From the NCBI GenBank assembly GCA_052388025.1, contig JBQTIP010000149.1, forward strand, positions 1 to 50,618: a stretch of DNA of 50,618 nt, in the 5' to 3' direction. This stretch comes from Actinomycetota bacterium. Lineage in GTDB: Bacteria > Actinomycetota > UBA4738 > HRBIN12. Below are positions 8,956-16,799 of the stretch, one piece after another (positions within the stretch are counted from its first letter, which is position 1; every line of letters begins with the position of its first letter). The position numbers were made by a program, and so were the translations under genes. Below the pieces are notes generated by a model. It did not search any database, had not been told where the DNA came from, and worked only from the letters and a program-made list of their open reading frames with translations.

Positions 8956-8973
8956 TCTACCTGCGGTTTTGCG

Positions 8974-9004
8974 CCTCGGAGCGGGCCTTCGGGCGGCTCC
9001 GGGG
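8974..9004. terminator. GC-rich hairpin with C-UUCG-G loop, possible terminator
   Basis: cggagc..gcc-TTCG-ggc..gctccg between convergent ORFs; no U tract. Confidence 0.35.
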
Positions 9005-9052
9005 CCGCCGTGGGGCCGCGTGGGGGCTGCGAGTGACGACGTAAGTGGACGG

Positions 9053-9719
9053 TCAAGCCCCGTGGGAGGTTGCCAGATGGTCTAGCAGCGGGGCGGCGGC
9101 CTGGCCCGGGGCGACGACCGTCCATGACTTGCCCGCTCGGGTGATCACCACGTAGAAGAGCCGCCGGTGGTCGTCGTCGTCCGGCCAGAAGCGGTCCATC
9201 GCATCCCCGAGGACGATGGCATCGAATTCCTTCCCCTTGGCTTGGTGGGCCGTCATCACGAACAGCCCGCGGTCCATCCGCGGCGCTGTGTAGGCGGCGG
9301 CCAGTACGGCGGCGGAGTAGCGCTCAAGCGCAAGGTCTAGGTCCGCGAGTTCGTTCTCCAGTGCCGCGGCAGTGGCCCGAAGCGCCCGTACAGCCTCTAT
9401 CCGCGGAAGGTGGTGCCCCCCTTCGGCAAGTACCTCAAGAGCTGCCACTACGGACTCGAAGTATGCGCTCGGACCCGTCACGTAGATGGGTTCAAGAGTC
9501 CGCAGGATGACAGCGGCCCCCGCACTGGCCCGGTGCACGTTGATGCCCTCGGGACGGAGCCGGCCCCGGACCTGTGCCAGCAGTGTGGGAGTCAGGGTGG
9601 GGACGAGGGCCTCGAGGCGGTCCACAGCGTGGAGGGCGACGGTCTGCGAGTCCATGAGGAGCGGAAGTTGCTCGATATCCTGCCGGGCCTCCTCGAAGTC
9701 CTCGGTACCGATCTGGCGG
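9053..9719 (-). pseudogene. C-terminal fragment of a UvrD/SF1A helicase, fused in frame to IstA
   Basis: Motif V (MTAHQAKGKEFD) and motif VI (RRLFYVVITRA) are present; no Walker A/B. Confidence 0.8.
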
Positions 9720-10942
9720 GCGGCCTTCTCCGGTGGCAGATCGGCCTCGTCCGTGGAGCGCCCGCCGGGGCGGGTGCGGGGATGGGTCTTGATCAACACG
9801 CCGTGGTGGTAGACCCGGACCAGGTGCCGGTCGGCCCGGACCTTAACGTGGAGGCCGATGTAGGCGGCGGGCACCGAGTACAGGGCCTTGTCCACCTCGA
9901 TGTGGTAGTCCCGGTGGACCTTGGGCTCGGCGTAGTGCGGCAGGTCGTAGGGAGCCTCCGGCGCTGGCGCGAGCGTCGGGGCCTCCTCGGCGCGGAACAC
10001 CTCCAGGGGTCGGCGCTGGGTGGTGCCGTGGATCCTGAGGCCCGCCGTGGAAAGGCACCACCGCTCCGCCCGGCGCCTGGCGTCCTCGAGCGAGGCGAAG
10101 TCCTCCCCGGCGAAGAAGGAAGACCGGACGTAGCCCACGGCCCGCTCCACCCGAGCCTTGTCCTTGGGGTGGCGGACCCGGGCCGCGTCGATGAGGAAGC
10201 CCCGGGCCTGGGCGTACTCGACGAACGCCTCGTTCAGGCGGGGGGCCAGGGGGTCAGGGCGCTCGACCACCGCCTTGAGGTTGTCGGGGATGATGACCTT
10301 GAACACCCCGCCGAAGAACGCCCACGCTGCCTCGAACCCCTCGATCACCGCGGGCAGGGCCTGGCTGAACGTGAGCCAGACGAAGGTGTGTCGGCTGTAG
10401 GCCGCCGTGAACACTAGGGCGTAGCAGACCCGCCGGCGTCCAGCCTCCGGATCGTGAAGCAGCCCCATCTGGCCGAAGTCGACTTGCAGCTCCGAGCCCG
10501 GATCGGGATCGTCGATGCGCACGGTCGTTCGCTTGGCCGCCGTACCGCACTCCGCCGCGCAGAACCGGTACAGGGTCCGGGAGGCGACCTCCACCCCCTT
10601 GTGGCGGGCCAGGTCCGATTGGATGCGGACCACGGTGAGGCCCTTGTCCAGTCGCTCGGTCATGAACGCCTTGTGCGTGAGCAGGACCTGCCACGCCGCT
10701 CCCCGGTCCCCCGGCGGGCGTCCGGGCGGGGTGGCCGCGACGACGGCTGCCAGCAGCTCCTCGGTGAGCTGCTCATCACCTCGTTCTCGGACCAGGCCGG
10801 CCGCGATCGCCGCCTCGACGTAGCGGCGCGCGCTCTTGCGATCGATGAGCGCCAGCCGCGCGATGGACCGGTAGCCGTGGCCCGCAAGCCACAACCGCAG
10901 GATCTCTCGAACCACCACCACAGACACCTCCCGAAACGCCAC
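9053..10942 (-). CDS. istA: Chimeric ORF: truncated IS21 transposase IstA (~aa 1-407) + helicase tail
   Basis: MAFREVSV N-terminus, HTH, QVDFG / PDNLK / KARVER DDE triad and YSVP beta domain; sequence switches after DLPPEKA at ~9720. Confidence 0.85.
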   Translation of the reverse strand: MAFREVSVVVVREILRLWLAGHGYRSIARLALIDRKSARRYVEAAIAAGLVRERGDEQLTEELLAAVVAATPPGRPPGDRGAAWQVLLTHKAFMTERLDKGLTVVRIQSDLARHKGVEVASRTLYRFCAAECGTAAKRTTVRIDDPDPGSELQVDFGQMGLLHDPEAGRRRVCYALVFTAAYSRHTFVWLTFSQALPAVIEGFEAAWAFFGGVFKVIIPDNLKAVVERPDPLAPRLNEAFVEYAQARGFLIDAARVRHPKDKARVERAVGYVRSSFFAGEDFASLEDARRRAERWCLSTAGLRIHGTTQRRPLEVFRAEEAPTLAPAPEAPYDLPHYAEPKVHRDYHIEVDKALYSVPAAYIGLHVKVRADRHLVRVYHHGVLIKTHPRTRPGGRSTDEADLPPEKAARQIGTEDFEEARQDIEQLPLLMDSQTVALHAVDRLEALVPTLTPTLLAQVRGRLRPEGINVHRASAGAAVILRTLEPIYVTGPSAYFESVVAALEVLAEGGHHLPRIEAVRALRATAAALENELADLDLALERYSAAVLAAAYTAPRMDRGLFVMTAHQAKGKEFDAIVLGDAMDRFWPDDDDHRRLFYVVITRAGKSWTVVAPGQAAAPLLDHLATSHGA

Positions 10943-11066
10943 GCCGCACCTCCAGCTCGAGCCGTCGGTGCGCGACTACCACGGGCTACCGGCCGTTCCG
11001 TGGAGATTCGAGGGTGGTCCCTAGTTTCTGGCGAGGAAGGTGGTCCCTAGTTTCTGGCGGGCGACA
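9720..11066 (-). mobile_element. Truncated IS21-family element (left end + istA; istB and right end absent)
   Basis: Left end TGTCGCCCGCCAGAAACTAGGGACCACC, with the 21-bp unit repeated at 11013-11033 and 11039-11059. Confidence 0.88.
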
Positions 11067-11262
11067 TCTCTACCAGCGGCTTTGAGCTCTGCTCGATCTT
11101 GGTGCTGTCGCTTGCCCACCTACTCCTGGGCCGTAGACGAAGATGCTGATCCCCCGGGCCGCGAACACCCCCGCGCGAGGCCGGCCACTTCACGAGGGGT
11201 GGTGTGCACGTGCACAACGGAGATGGTCAGACACGCTCCTCGCACCTTGGGCTAACCCTCGG

Positions 11263-12078
11263 CTACTCAAGGCTGACCGGATCACCGCGACGGATCGTGC
11301 CGCCCCGCAGCACGCCGGCATACATCCCGACGTTTACCTGGTTGTGCTGGGCCGCGGTCCGCAGGATCCCCGAGTCCTTGGGTAGATCCCCCTGGGGCAG
11401 GGTCGTCATGACGCACCGAGGGCAAGGTCCGGTGATGCTCACGCGAACCTCGTCTCCGATGGCGAGGGCGTGTCCCTCCCAAGCATTCTCAACGAAGTCC
11501 TTCTCCGCGGGACCTGTTTGGACCACGATGTTTGGACGAAACCGCCGGACCTCGAAGCGCCCCTCGGGATAGAGCTCCCGGAGTCGGTCGATGGTGGCGG
11601 TCGTCAGCACGTGAATCACGGCAAGGTCGAAGAATGTGCCCGGGGGCATGGCCTCATCGGTGACTGTCTTTCTTCGGGCAAGGCCCTCGATGTCCGGCCA
11701 GTACTCCTCCAGGCTGGGCTCCTTGGGGGCGGTTGACTGAAGGGTTGCCTCCCGGTCGAACACGTGGGAAAGGACCTGGTCGATATCGCTCTGCTGGCTG
11801 GTGACAATGATTCCATCAGGGAAAGTGATCCGGACCGGGGGGATGCTCTCCTCTACGCGCAGAGGCTCGATATAGGCCGCCCGGAAGTCGAACAGCTTCC
11901 CCCACTTCCGAGGATTCTTGGCGCTCGCCACCTTCCCATTGGTCGGGTCCACGAGGGCGTAACCGCGATCCCCGAGCAACCCGCGGTCCGTGACGGGGGA
12001 AGCGTTCACCTCCTCACCCATCATCGACTTGACGGGATAGCGCAATAGAGAGGCTACTGAACCAACAACGGTTGCCAT
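11263..12078 (-). CDS. MOSC domain-containing protein
   Basis: RYPVKSM, GDR, RRFRPNIVV, CPRCVMTT and G.Y..V..GG.I..GD motifs. Confidence 0.93.
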   Translation of the reverse strand: MATVVGSVASLLRYPVKSMMGEEVNASPVTDRGLLGDRGYALVDPTNGKVASAKNPRKWGKLFDFRAAYIEPLRVEESIPPVRITFPDGIIVTSQQSDIDQVLSHVFDREATLQSTAPKEPSLEEYWPDIEGLARRKTVTDEAMPPGTFFDLAVIHVLTTATIDRLRELYPEGRFEVRRFRPNIVVQTGPAEKDFVENAWEGHALAIGDEVRVSITGPCPRCVMTTLPQGDLPKDSGILRTAAQHNQVNVGMYAGVLRGGTIRRGDPVSLE

Positions 12079-12252
12079 CGCTCTCCCTCTTCACTACTTG
12101 CAAGATCAGAAACAACCACGGTGGCCAAGGCCTGTCAAGACGTGGCCACGTCCCTCCCGCGCCGGCCCGCTGCGTTCGAATCCGTTCCCCACTCGGGCTT
12201 GACCAGTGCGCCCGCACCGCCCTTGACCAGACCCAATCGAAGGCGCGAATTC

Positions 12253-12279
12253 GTGGGAGGGGGAGTGTGGGAGGGGGAG
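12253..12279 (-). repeat. Tandem 13-bp duplication of the tRNA-Tyr 3' end
   Basis: gtgggagggggag at 12253-12265 and 12267-12279. Confidence 0.8.
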
Positions 12280-12349
12280 GATTCGAACCTCCGTAGGCTA
12301 CGCCGGCGATTTTACAGACCGCTCCCTTTGGCCGCTCGGGCACCCTCCC
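12268..12349 (-). tRNA. tRNA-Tyr(GTA)
   Basis: GGGAGGG acceptor, GCGGT-CTGTAAA-ATCGC anticodon arm, long variable arm and GGAGG-TTCGAAT-CCTCC T arm; CCA not fully encoded. Confidence 0.96.
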
Positions 12350-12360
12350 GGGAAACGCTC

Positions 12361-12370
12361 GTAAGATTAC
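12361..12370. promoter_or_regulatory. Overlapping divergent -10 elements for yajQ and tRNA-Tyr
   Basis: TAAGAT (+, 12362-12367) and TAATCT (-, 12369-12364) in a 27-bp intergenic gap. Confidence 0.6.
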
Positions 12371-12376
12371 CGAACC

Positions 12377-12874
12377 ATGGCGAAGGACACCTTCTCGTTC
12401 GACATCGTCTCGCAGGTGAACATGCAGGAGGTGTCGAACGCCCTCGACCAGGCGCGGCGCGAGATCGCTCAGCGGTTCGACTTCAAGAACACCGGGACCT
12501 CCCTAGACCGCGACGACAAGCTCATCGAGCTGCGCTCGTCGACCGAGGACCGGATGAGGGCCGCCCTGGACGTGCTTAAGGAGAAGCTCGTCCGCCGGGA
12601 GGTGCCCATCAAGGCGCTCTCCGAGGGCCCGGTCCTCGCCGCCGCCAAGGGCACGGTTCGCCAGAGCCTCCACATCGTTCAGGGCATCTCCGAGGAGAAG
12701 GCGAGGGAGCTGACCAAGTTCGTCAAGGGGACGGGTCTCAAGGTCCAGAGCCAGGTCCAGGGCGACCAGGTTCGCATCGTTGGGAAGAAGAAGGACGACC
12801 TCCAGTCCATCATCAAGGCGGTGAAAGAGCACGACTTCGGCATCGCCCTGCAGTTCGTGAACTTCCGGCCCTAG
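12377..12874 (+). CDS. yajQ: YajQ-family nucleotide/c-di-GMP-binding protein
   Basis: SFDIVS, QRFDFK, QGDQVR, KKDDLQ and LQFVNFR motifs; divergent from tRNA-Tyr. Confidence 0.96.
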   Translation: MAKDTFSFDIVSQVNMQEVSNALDQARREIAQRFDFKNTGTSLDRDDKLIELRSSTEDRMRAALDVLKEKLVRREVPIKALSEGPVLAAAKGTVRQSLHIVQGISEEKARELTKFVKGTGLKVQSQVQGDQVRIVGKKKDDLQSIIKAVKEHDFGIALQFVNFRP

Positions 12875-12911
12875 CCACACACCGCCCGCGTACTCTCGCT
12901 CGCTCTCGGCG

Positions 12912-12941
12912 TTGCTCCGCCTCCGGCCCCCCGGGTAGATT
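12912..12941 (+). promoter_or_regulatory. Putative housekeeping promoter of the aminotransferase
   Basis: TTGCTC-N18-TAGATT upstream of AGGAAGG and the GTG start. Confidence 0.45.
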
Positions 12942-12970
12942 GAAGCCTTCTTCCAGGAAGGTGGTAGCGC

Positions 12971-14365
12971 GTGAACACTGAGAGCCTGAACGCGCGCGCG
13001 GCGGAGATCGCCGAGCGGGAGACGAAGCGGTTGGTCGAGCGAACGCCGGGGTCGGCCAAGCTCCACGAACGAGCGGTCCGAAGCCTGCCTAACGGTGTGG
13101 CCTCGAACTTCCAGGCGATCGATCCCTACCCCGTCTATCTGGCCCGCGGCCTGGGCTCGAACGTGTGGGATGTCGACGGCACCGAGTACGTGGACTTCCA
13201 CGGCGGGTTCGGGGTGAACGTCGTGGGCCATGCTCACCCGAAGATCGTCGAGGCGCTCCGAAAGGCGGCCGGCGAGGGCGTCCATTTCGCGGTAACGACC
13301 GAGGTGACGGTCGCGCTCGCCGAGGAGATCTGCTCCCGCTTCAACCTGGAGCAGATCCGGTTCGTCAACTCCGGCACCGAGGCCACTATGGACGCGATCC
13401 GAGTGGCCCGGGCGGCGACCGGACGGGACCGGCTCGTAAAGATAGAGGGCTCGTACCACGGACACCACGACTGCGTGCTGTTCTCGGTGGTTCCGGAGGC
13501 CGACACCCTGGGCTTGCGGCACAGCGTGGGCGGCGAGGCCGCCGACTCTCAGGGCACCGCGTACACCACACAGCCGACCTCGAAGGGCATACCGAGCTCG
13601 ACGTGGCACGACACGATCATCGTGCCGTTCAACGACGCCCAGGCCTTCGAGGACGTCTGCCGGGAGCACGGCGACGAGATCGCCGCCATCATCATGGAAC
13701 CGGTGATGATGAACGTCGGCATCATCACTCCGCAGCCCGGCTACCTGGAGAAGGTGCGGGAGACCTGTGACCGCTACGGCGTGGTGTTCATCTTCGACGA
13801 GGTGAAGTGCGGCGGCACGATCGCCTACGGAGGGGCGATCGAGCGGTTCGGGGTACAGCCCGATCTCGCATGCCTCGCCAAAGCGGTCGGCGGGGGTGCC
13901 ACCCTCGGCGCGTTCGGCGGCAAGGCCTCCGTCATGGAGCAGGTGAAGAGGGGCGCCGCCCAGCAGGGGACCTTCAACGGGAACCCGTTGTCGGCGGCGG
14001 CCGGGCTCGCGGCACTCACCCAGGTCCTCACCCGTGACGCGTACGAGGATCTCGGGAAGCTCGGAACGCTTCTGGCCGAGGGCTGCCAGCGGTCGATCGA
14101 CGAGAGCGGTATCCCGGCCCACACCGTGGACCTGAGCGCCAAGGGGTGCGTGTCCTACCGGAAAGAGCCGATGAGGAACTACCGGGAGTTCCTCGAGACC
14201 AACCCGAACCTCTACTACGCCTCCTACCCGTGGATGATGAACCGCGGGATCTTCATGACGCCGGGCGACGAGGAGCAGTGGACGCTCTCGGTCCAGCACA
14301 CCGAGGACGACGTCGCTCGTTACGTGGACGCCTTCAGCGAGTTCTGCTCGGCACTGTCCGGCTAG
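12971..14365 (+). CDS. Class III PLP aminotransferase (glutamate-1-semialdehyde aminomutase-like)
   Basis: WDVDG.EYVD, NSGTEATM, GSYHG, FDEVK, AKAVGGG (PLP lysine) and GTFNGNP. Confidence 0.9.
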   Translation: MNTESLNARAAEIAERETKRLVERTPGSAKLHERAVRSLPNGVASNFQAIDPYPVYLARGLGSNVWDVDGTEYVDFHGGFGVNVVGHAHPKIVEALRKAAGEGVHFAVTTEVTVALAEEICSRFNLEQIRFVNSGTEATMDAIRVARAATGRDRLVKIEGSYHGHHDCVLFSVVPEADTLGLRHSVGGEAADSQGTAYTTQPTSKGIPSSTWHDTIIVPFNDAQAFEDVCREHGDEIAAIIMEPVMMNVGIITPQPGYLEKVRETCDRYGVVFIFDEVKCGGTIAYGGAIERFGVQPDLACLAKAVGGGATLGAFGGKASVMEQVKRGAAQQGTFNGNPLSAAAGLAALTQVLTRDAYEDLGKLGTLLAEGCQRSIDESGIPAHTVDLSAKGCVSYRKEPMRNYREFLETNPNLYYASYPWMMNRGIFMTPGDEEQWTLSVQHTEDDVARYVDAFSEFCSALSG

Positions 14366-14383
14366 CTCGGCCCGGGAGATCGG

Positions 14384-15250
14384 CTACAGCCGACGGGCGA
14401 GGTCCTGCAGACGGGCGACGCGAGCCTCCGTCGGGGGGTGCGTGGAGAAGAGCCTCCCGAAGGACCGTGCCGCGCTCCGCCCGCTGAACGGGTTCACGAT
14501 GAACAGGTGCGCCTGCGCCGGGCTGACGGTGGCCGGGACCGGGATCTGCTTCGCCGCCTGCTCGAGCTTCCGAAGCGCGCTCGCCAGCGCCTCCGGATCG
14601 TGGGAGAGCAGCGCACCGGACTCGTCGGCCTGGTACTCGCGCGAGCGAGACACGGCCATCTGGATGACCAGGGCCGCGAGCGGCGCCAGGATCCAGGCGA
14701 ACAGCAGCCCGAAGCCGCCGAGCGGATTGCCTTCCCGGTCGTCCCCGCCGCCGAAGAACAGCGCGAACCGGGTGAGGAACGTGATGCTCATCCCGATCCC
14801 GGCCGCGATCGACGAGATCAGGATGTCGCGGTTGGCCACGTGCGACAGCTCGTGGGCGAGCACTCCGCGCAGCTCGCGCTCGTCCAGGATCTGCAGGATG
14901 CCATTCGTGACCGACACGGCCGCGTGCTGGGGATTCCGTCCGGTCGCGAACGCGTTGGGTTGCATCATGTCCGAGACATACATCTTCGGCATCGGCATGG
15001 CGCTGTTCTGGGTCAGCTCGCGGACCATCCGGTAGAGCCCCGGATACTCCTGCTCGCCGACCGGCTTCGACCTGGTAGTCGCGATGGCGATCCTGTCCGA
15101 GAACCAGTACATCGAGAAGTTGAAGGCGAGCGCGATGAGGAGCGCCACCACCATCCCGCTCGTGCCGCGGATCCAGTAGCCGATGAGCACGAACAGGCCG
15201 CCCAGCCCGGCGATGAGGATCCAGGTCTTGAACCGATTCATACCGATCAC
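14384..15250 (-). CDS. htpX: Zinc metalloprotease HtpX
   Basis: PNAFATGRNP, HELSH, SRSREYQAD and FSTHP motifs. Confidence 0.95.
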   Translation of the reverse strand: MIGMNRFKTWILIAGLGGLFVLIGYWIRGTSGMVVALLIALAFNFSMYWFSDRIAIATTRSKPVGEQEYPGLYRMVRELTQNSAMPMPKMYVSDMMQPNAFATGRNPQHAAVSVTNGILQILDERELRGVLAHELSHVANRDILISSIAAGIGMSITFLTRFALFFGGGDDREGNPLGGFGLLFAWILAPLAALVIQMAVSRSREYQADESGALLSHDPEALASALRKLEQAAKQIPVPATVSPAQAHLFIVNPFSGRSAARSFGRLFSTHPPTEARVARLQDLARRL

Positions 15251-15298
15251 TTCATTTGCCTCCCCTCGCAGCTTGTTCGTCCCGAACCCCGGAGAGGT

Positions 15299-16789
15299 TC
15301 AGGGCCCGACCAGCGTGGAAAGGGGCGGGAACTTGGCGAACAGGTCCGGGTAGAGACCCACCGCCAACACGGCCGCGGTCGCCAGCATCACGACTCCGGT
15401 AACCAGGACCGGCGACGCGAGGCGGCGCTCCTCCTTCACCTCGACGAAGATCATCTCCCGCACGATGGCCAGGTAGTAGTAAAGGCTGATCACCGAGTTC
15501 ACGACCATGGCCACCGCGAGGATCGGCCCGATGCCTCCGCGGTCGATCGCCGCCGTGAAGACGAAGAACTTCGCCCAGAACCCCGCCGTGGGCGGGATCC
15601 CTGCCAGCGAGACCAGGAACGTCGTCATCGCGATGGCCATGACGGGAGCCCGCTTCGCCAGGCCGGCGAAATCCGAAATCAGCATGCCCGGGGTCTCCCG
15701 GGAGAGCGAGATCACGACGGCGAAGGCTCCGAGGTTCATGACGGCGTAGATGAGGATGTAAGTGACCGATGCGGAGAAGGCGGCCTCGTCGACCGCGAGC
15801 GAGCCTCCTGCCAGGGCGAACGGCAGCAGCATGTACCCGGCCTGCGCGATGCTGGAGTACGCCAGCAGTCGCACGACCTGCCGCTGTTGCAGGGCTACGA
15901 GGTTCCCGATCGTCATCGTCGCGATGGAAAGCGCCGCGAAGATCGGCGCCCAGAACTCCGACTGGTTCGGGAACGCCACGAACATGAGCTGCAACAAGCC
16001 CGCGAAGCCGGCCGCCTTCGACGCCACAGCCAGGAACGCGGCCACGGGGATCGGCGCGCCCTCGTAGGTGTCGGGAGCCCAGAACTGGAACGGCACGGCG
16101 GACACCTTGAAGGCAAACCCGACGACGATGAACAGGATGGCGGCGAGCACGAGCGTCTCGCCGTGCACGGTCGCGCCGGAGTTGAGCACAACCTCCTGGA
16201 AGAGGCCCAGACGCCGCCCGATCTCCGCGAGGTTCAGCGTGCCCGTGGCCCCGTAGATGAGGCTCATCCCGTAGAGCATCACCGCCGAAGACAGCACCCC
16301 GATGAGGAAGAACTTCAGCCCCGCCTCGTTCGATCGCGGGTCGGACTTGCGGAAGGCGGCGATGAGGAAGCCCGGCGCCGACACGAGCTCGAGCGAGATG
16401 AACAGCATCAGCAGGTCGCGCGAGGACGGCATCAAGAGGCAGCCGAGGAAGGACGTCAGCAGCAGGAAGTAGTACTCGCCCTGGTAGAACCGGCCATCCT
16501 GGAAGTAGCGGAGCGAGATGAGCAGGACGACGACCGCGACCGCGAGGAAGAACACCTTGAACAGAACGGCGAAGGAGTCGATCTCGAACGAGCCGCCGAA
16601 GGTCCTGCGTTCCTCCCCGATGAGGGTCAGCGTCGCGACGAGCGCCGCCAGGACCCCCACCAGCGAAAGAGGCATCGCGAGCCACTTGCGGCTCGGGCGC
16701 AGGAAGACGTCGACGACGAGCACCAAAAGGATGACGCCGGAGAGGATCAGCTCCGGCAGGATCGCGTGGTAGTCGATCGCCTGGGTCAT
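15299..16789 (-). CDS. nuoN: NADH-quinone oxidoreductase subunit N (second cluster)
   Basis: EAGLKFF, FKVSAVPFQFWAPDTYEGAP, RLLAYSSI and SLAGIPP. Confidence 0.95.
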   Translation of the reverse strand: MTQAIDYHAILPELILSGVILLVLVVDVFLRPSRKWLAMPLSLVGVLAALVATLTLIGEERRTFGGSFEIDSFAVLFKVFFLAVAVVVLLISLRYFQDGRFYQGEYYFLLLTSFLGCLLMPSSRDLLMLFISLELVSAPGFLIAAFRKSDPRSNEAGLKFFLIGVLSSAVMLYGMSLIYGATGTLNLAEIGRRLGLFQEVVLNSGATVHGETLVLAAILFIVVGFAFKVSAVPFQFWAPDTYEGAPIPVAAFLAVASKAAGFAGLLQLMFVAFPNQSEFWAPIFAALSIATMTIGNLVALQQRQVVRLLAYSSIAQAGYMLLPFALAGGSLAVDEAAFSASVTYILIYAVMNLGAFAVVISLSRETPGMLISDFAGLAKRAPVMAIAMTTFLVSLAGIPPTAGFWAKFFVFTAAIDRGGIGPILAVAMVVNSVISLYYYLAIVREMIFVEVKEERRLASPVLVTGVVMLATAAVLAVGLYPDLFAKFPPLSTLVGP

Positions 16790-16799
16790 CGGTCCCCGG

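Noticed and set aside
536-11066. Composite transposon bounded by the two IS21 ends
   Set aside because: The ends are in direct rather than inverted orientation, and there is no flanking duplication.
12174-12192. GTTCGAATCC as another tRNA fragment
   Set aside because: The flanks do not form a T stem or a recognisable acceptor strand.
12014-12343. 109-aa ORF MPERPKGAVCK...
   Set aside because: It is the translation of the tRNA-Tyr gene.
12956-12965. ggaaggtggt resembling the IS21 end
   Set aside because: Only 10 bp match, and the site coincides with the aminotransferase ribosome-binding region.
12971-14365. Assigning the symbol hemL
   Set aside because: The family is clear, but the DEVK variant, an insertion and the lack of neighbouring hem genes leave the substrate uncertain.
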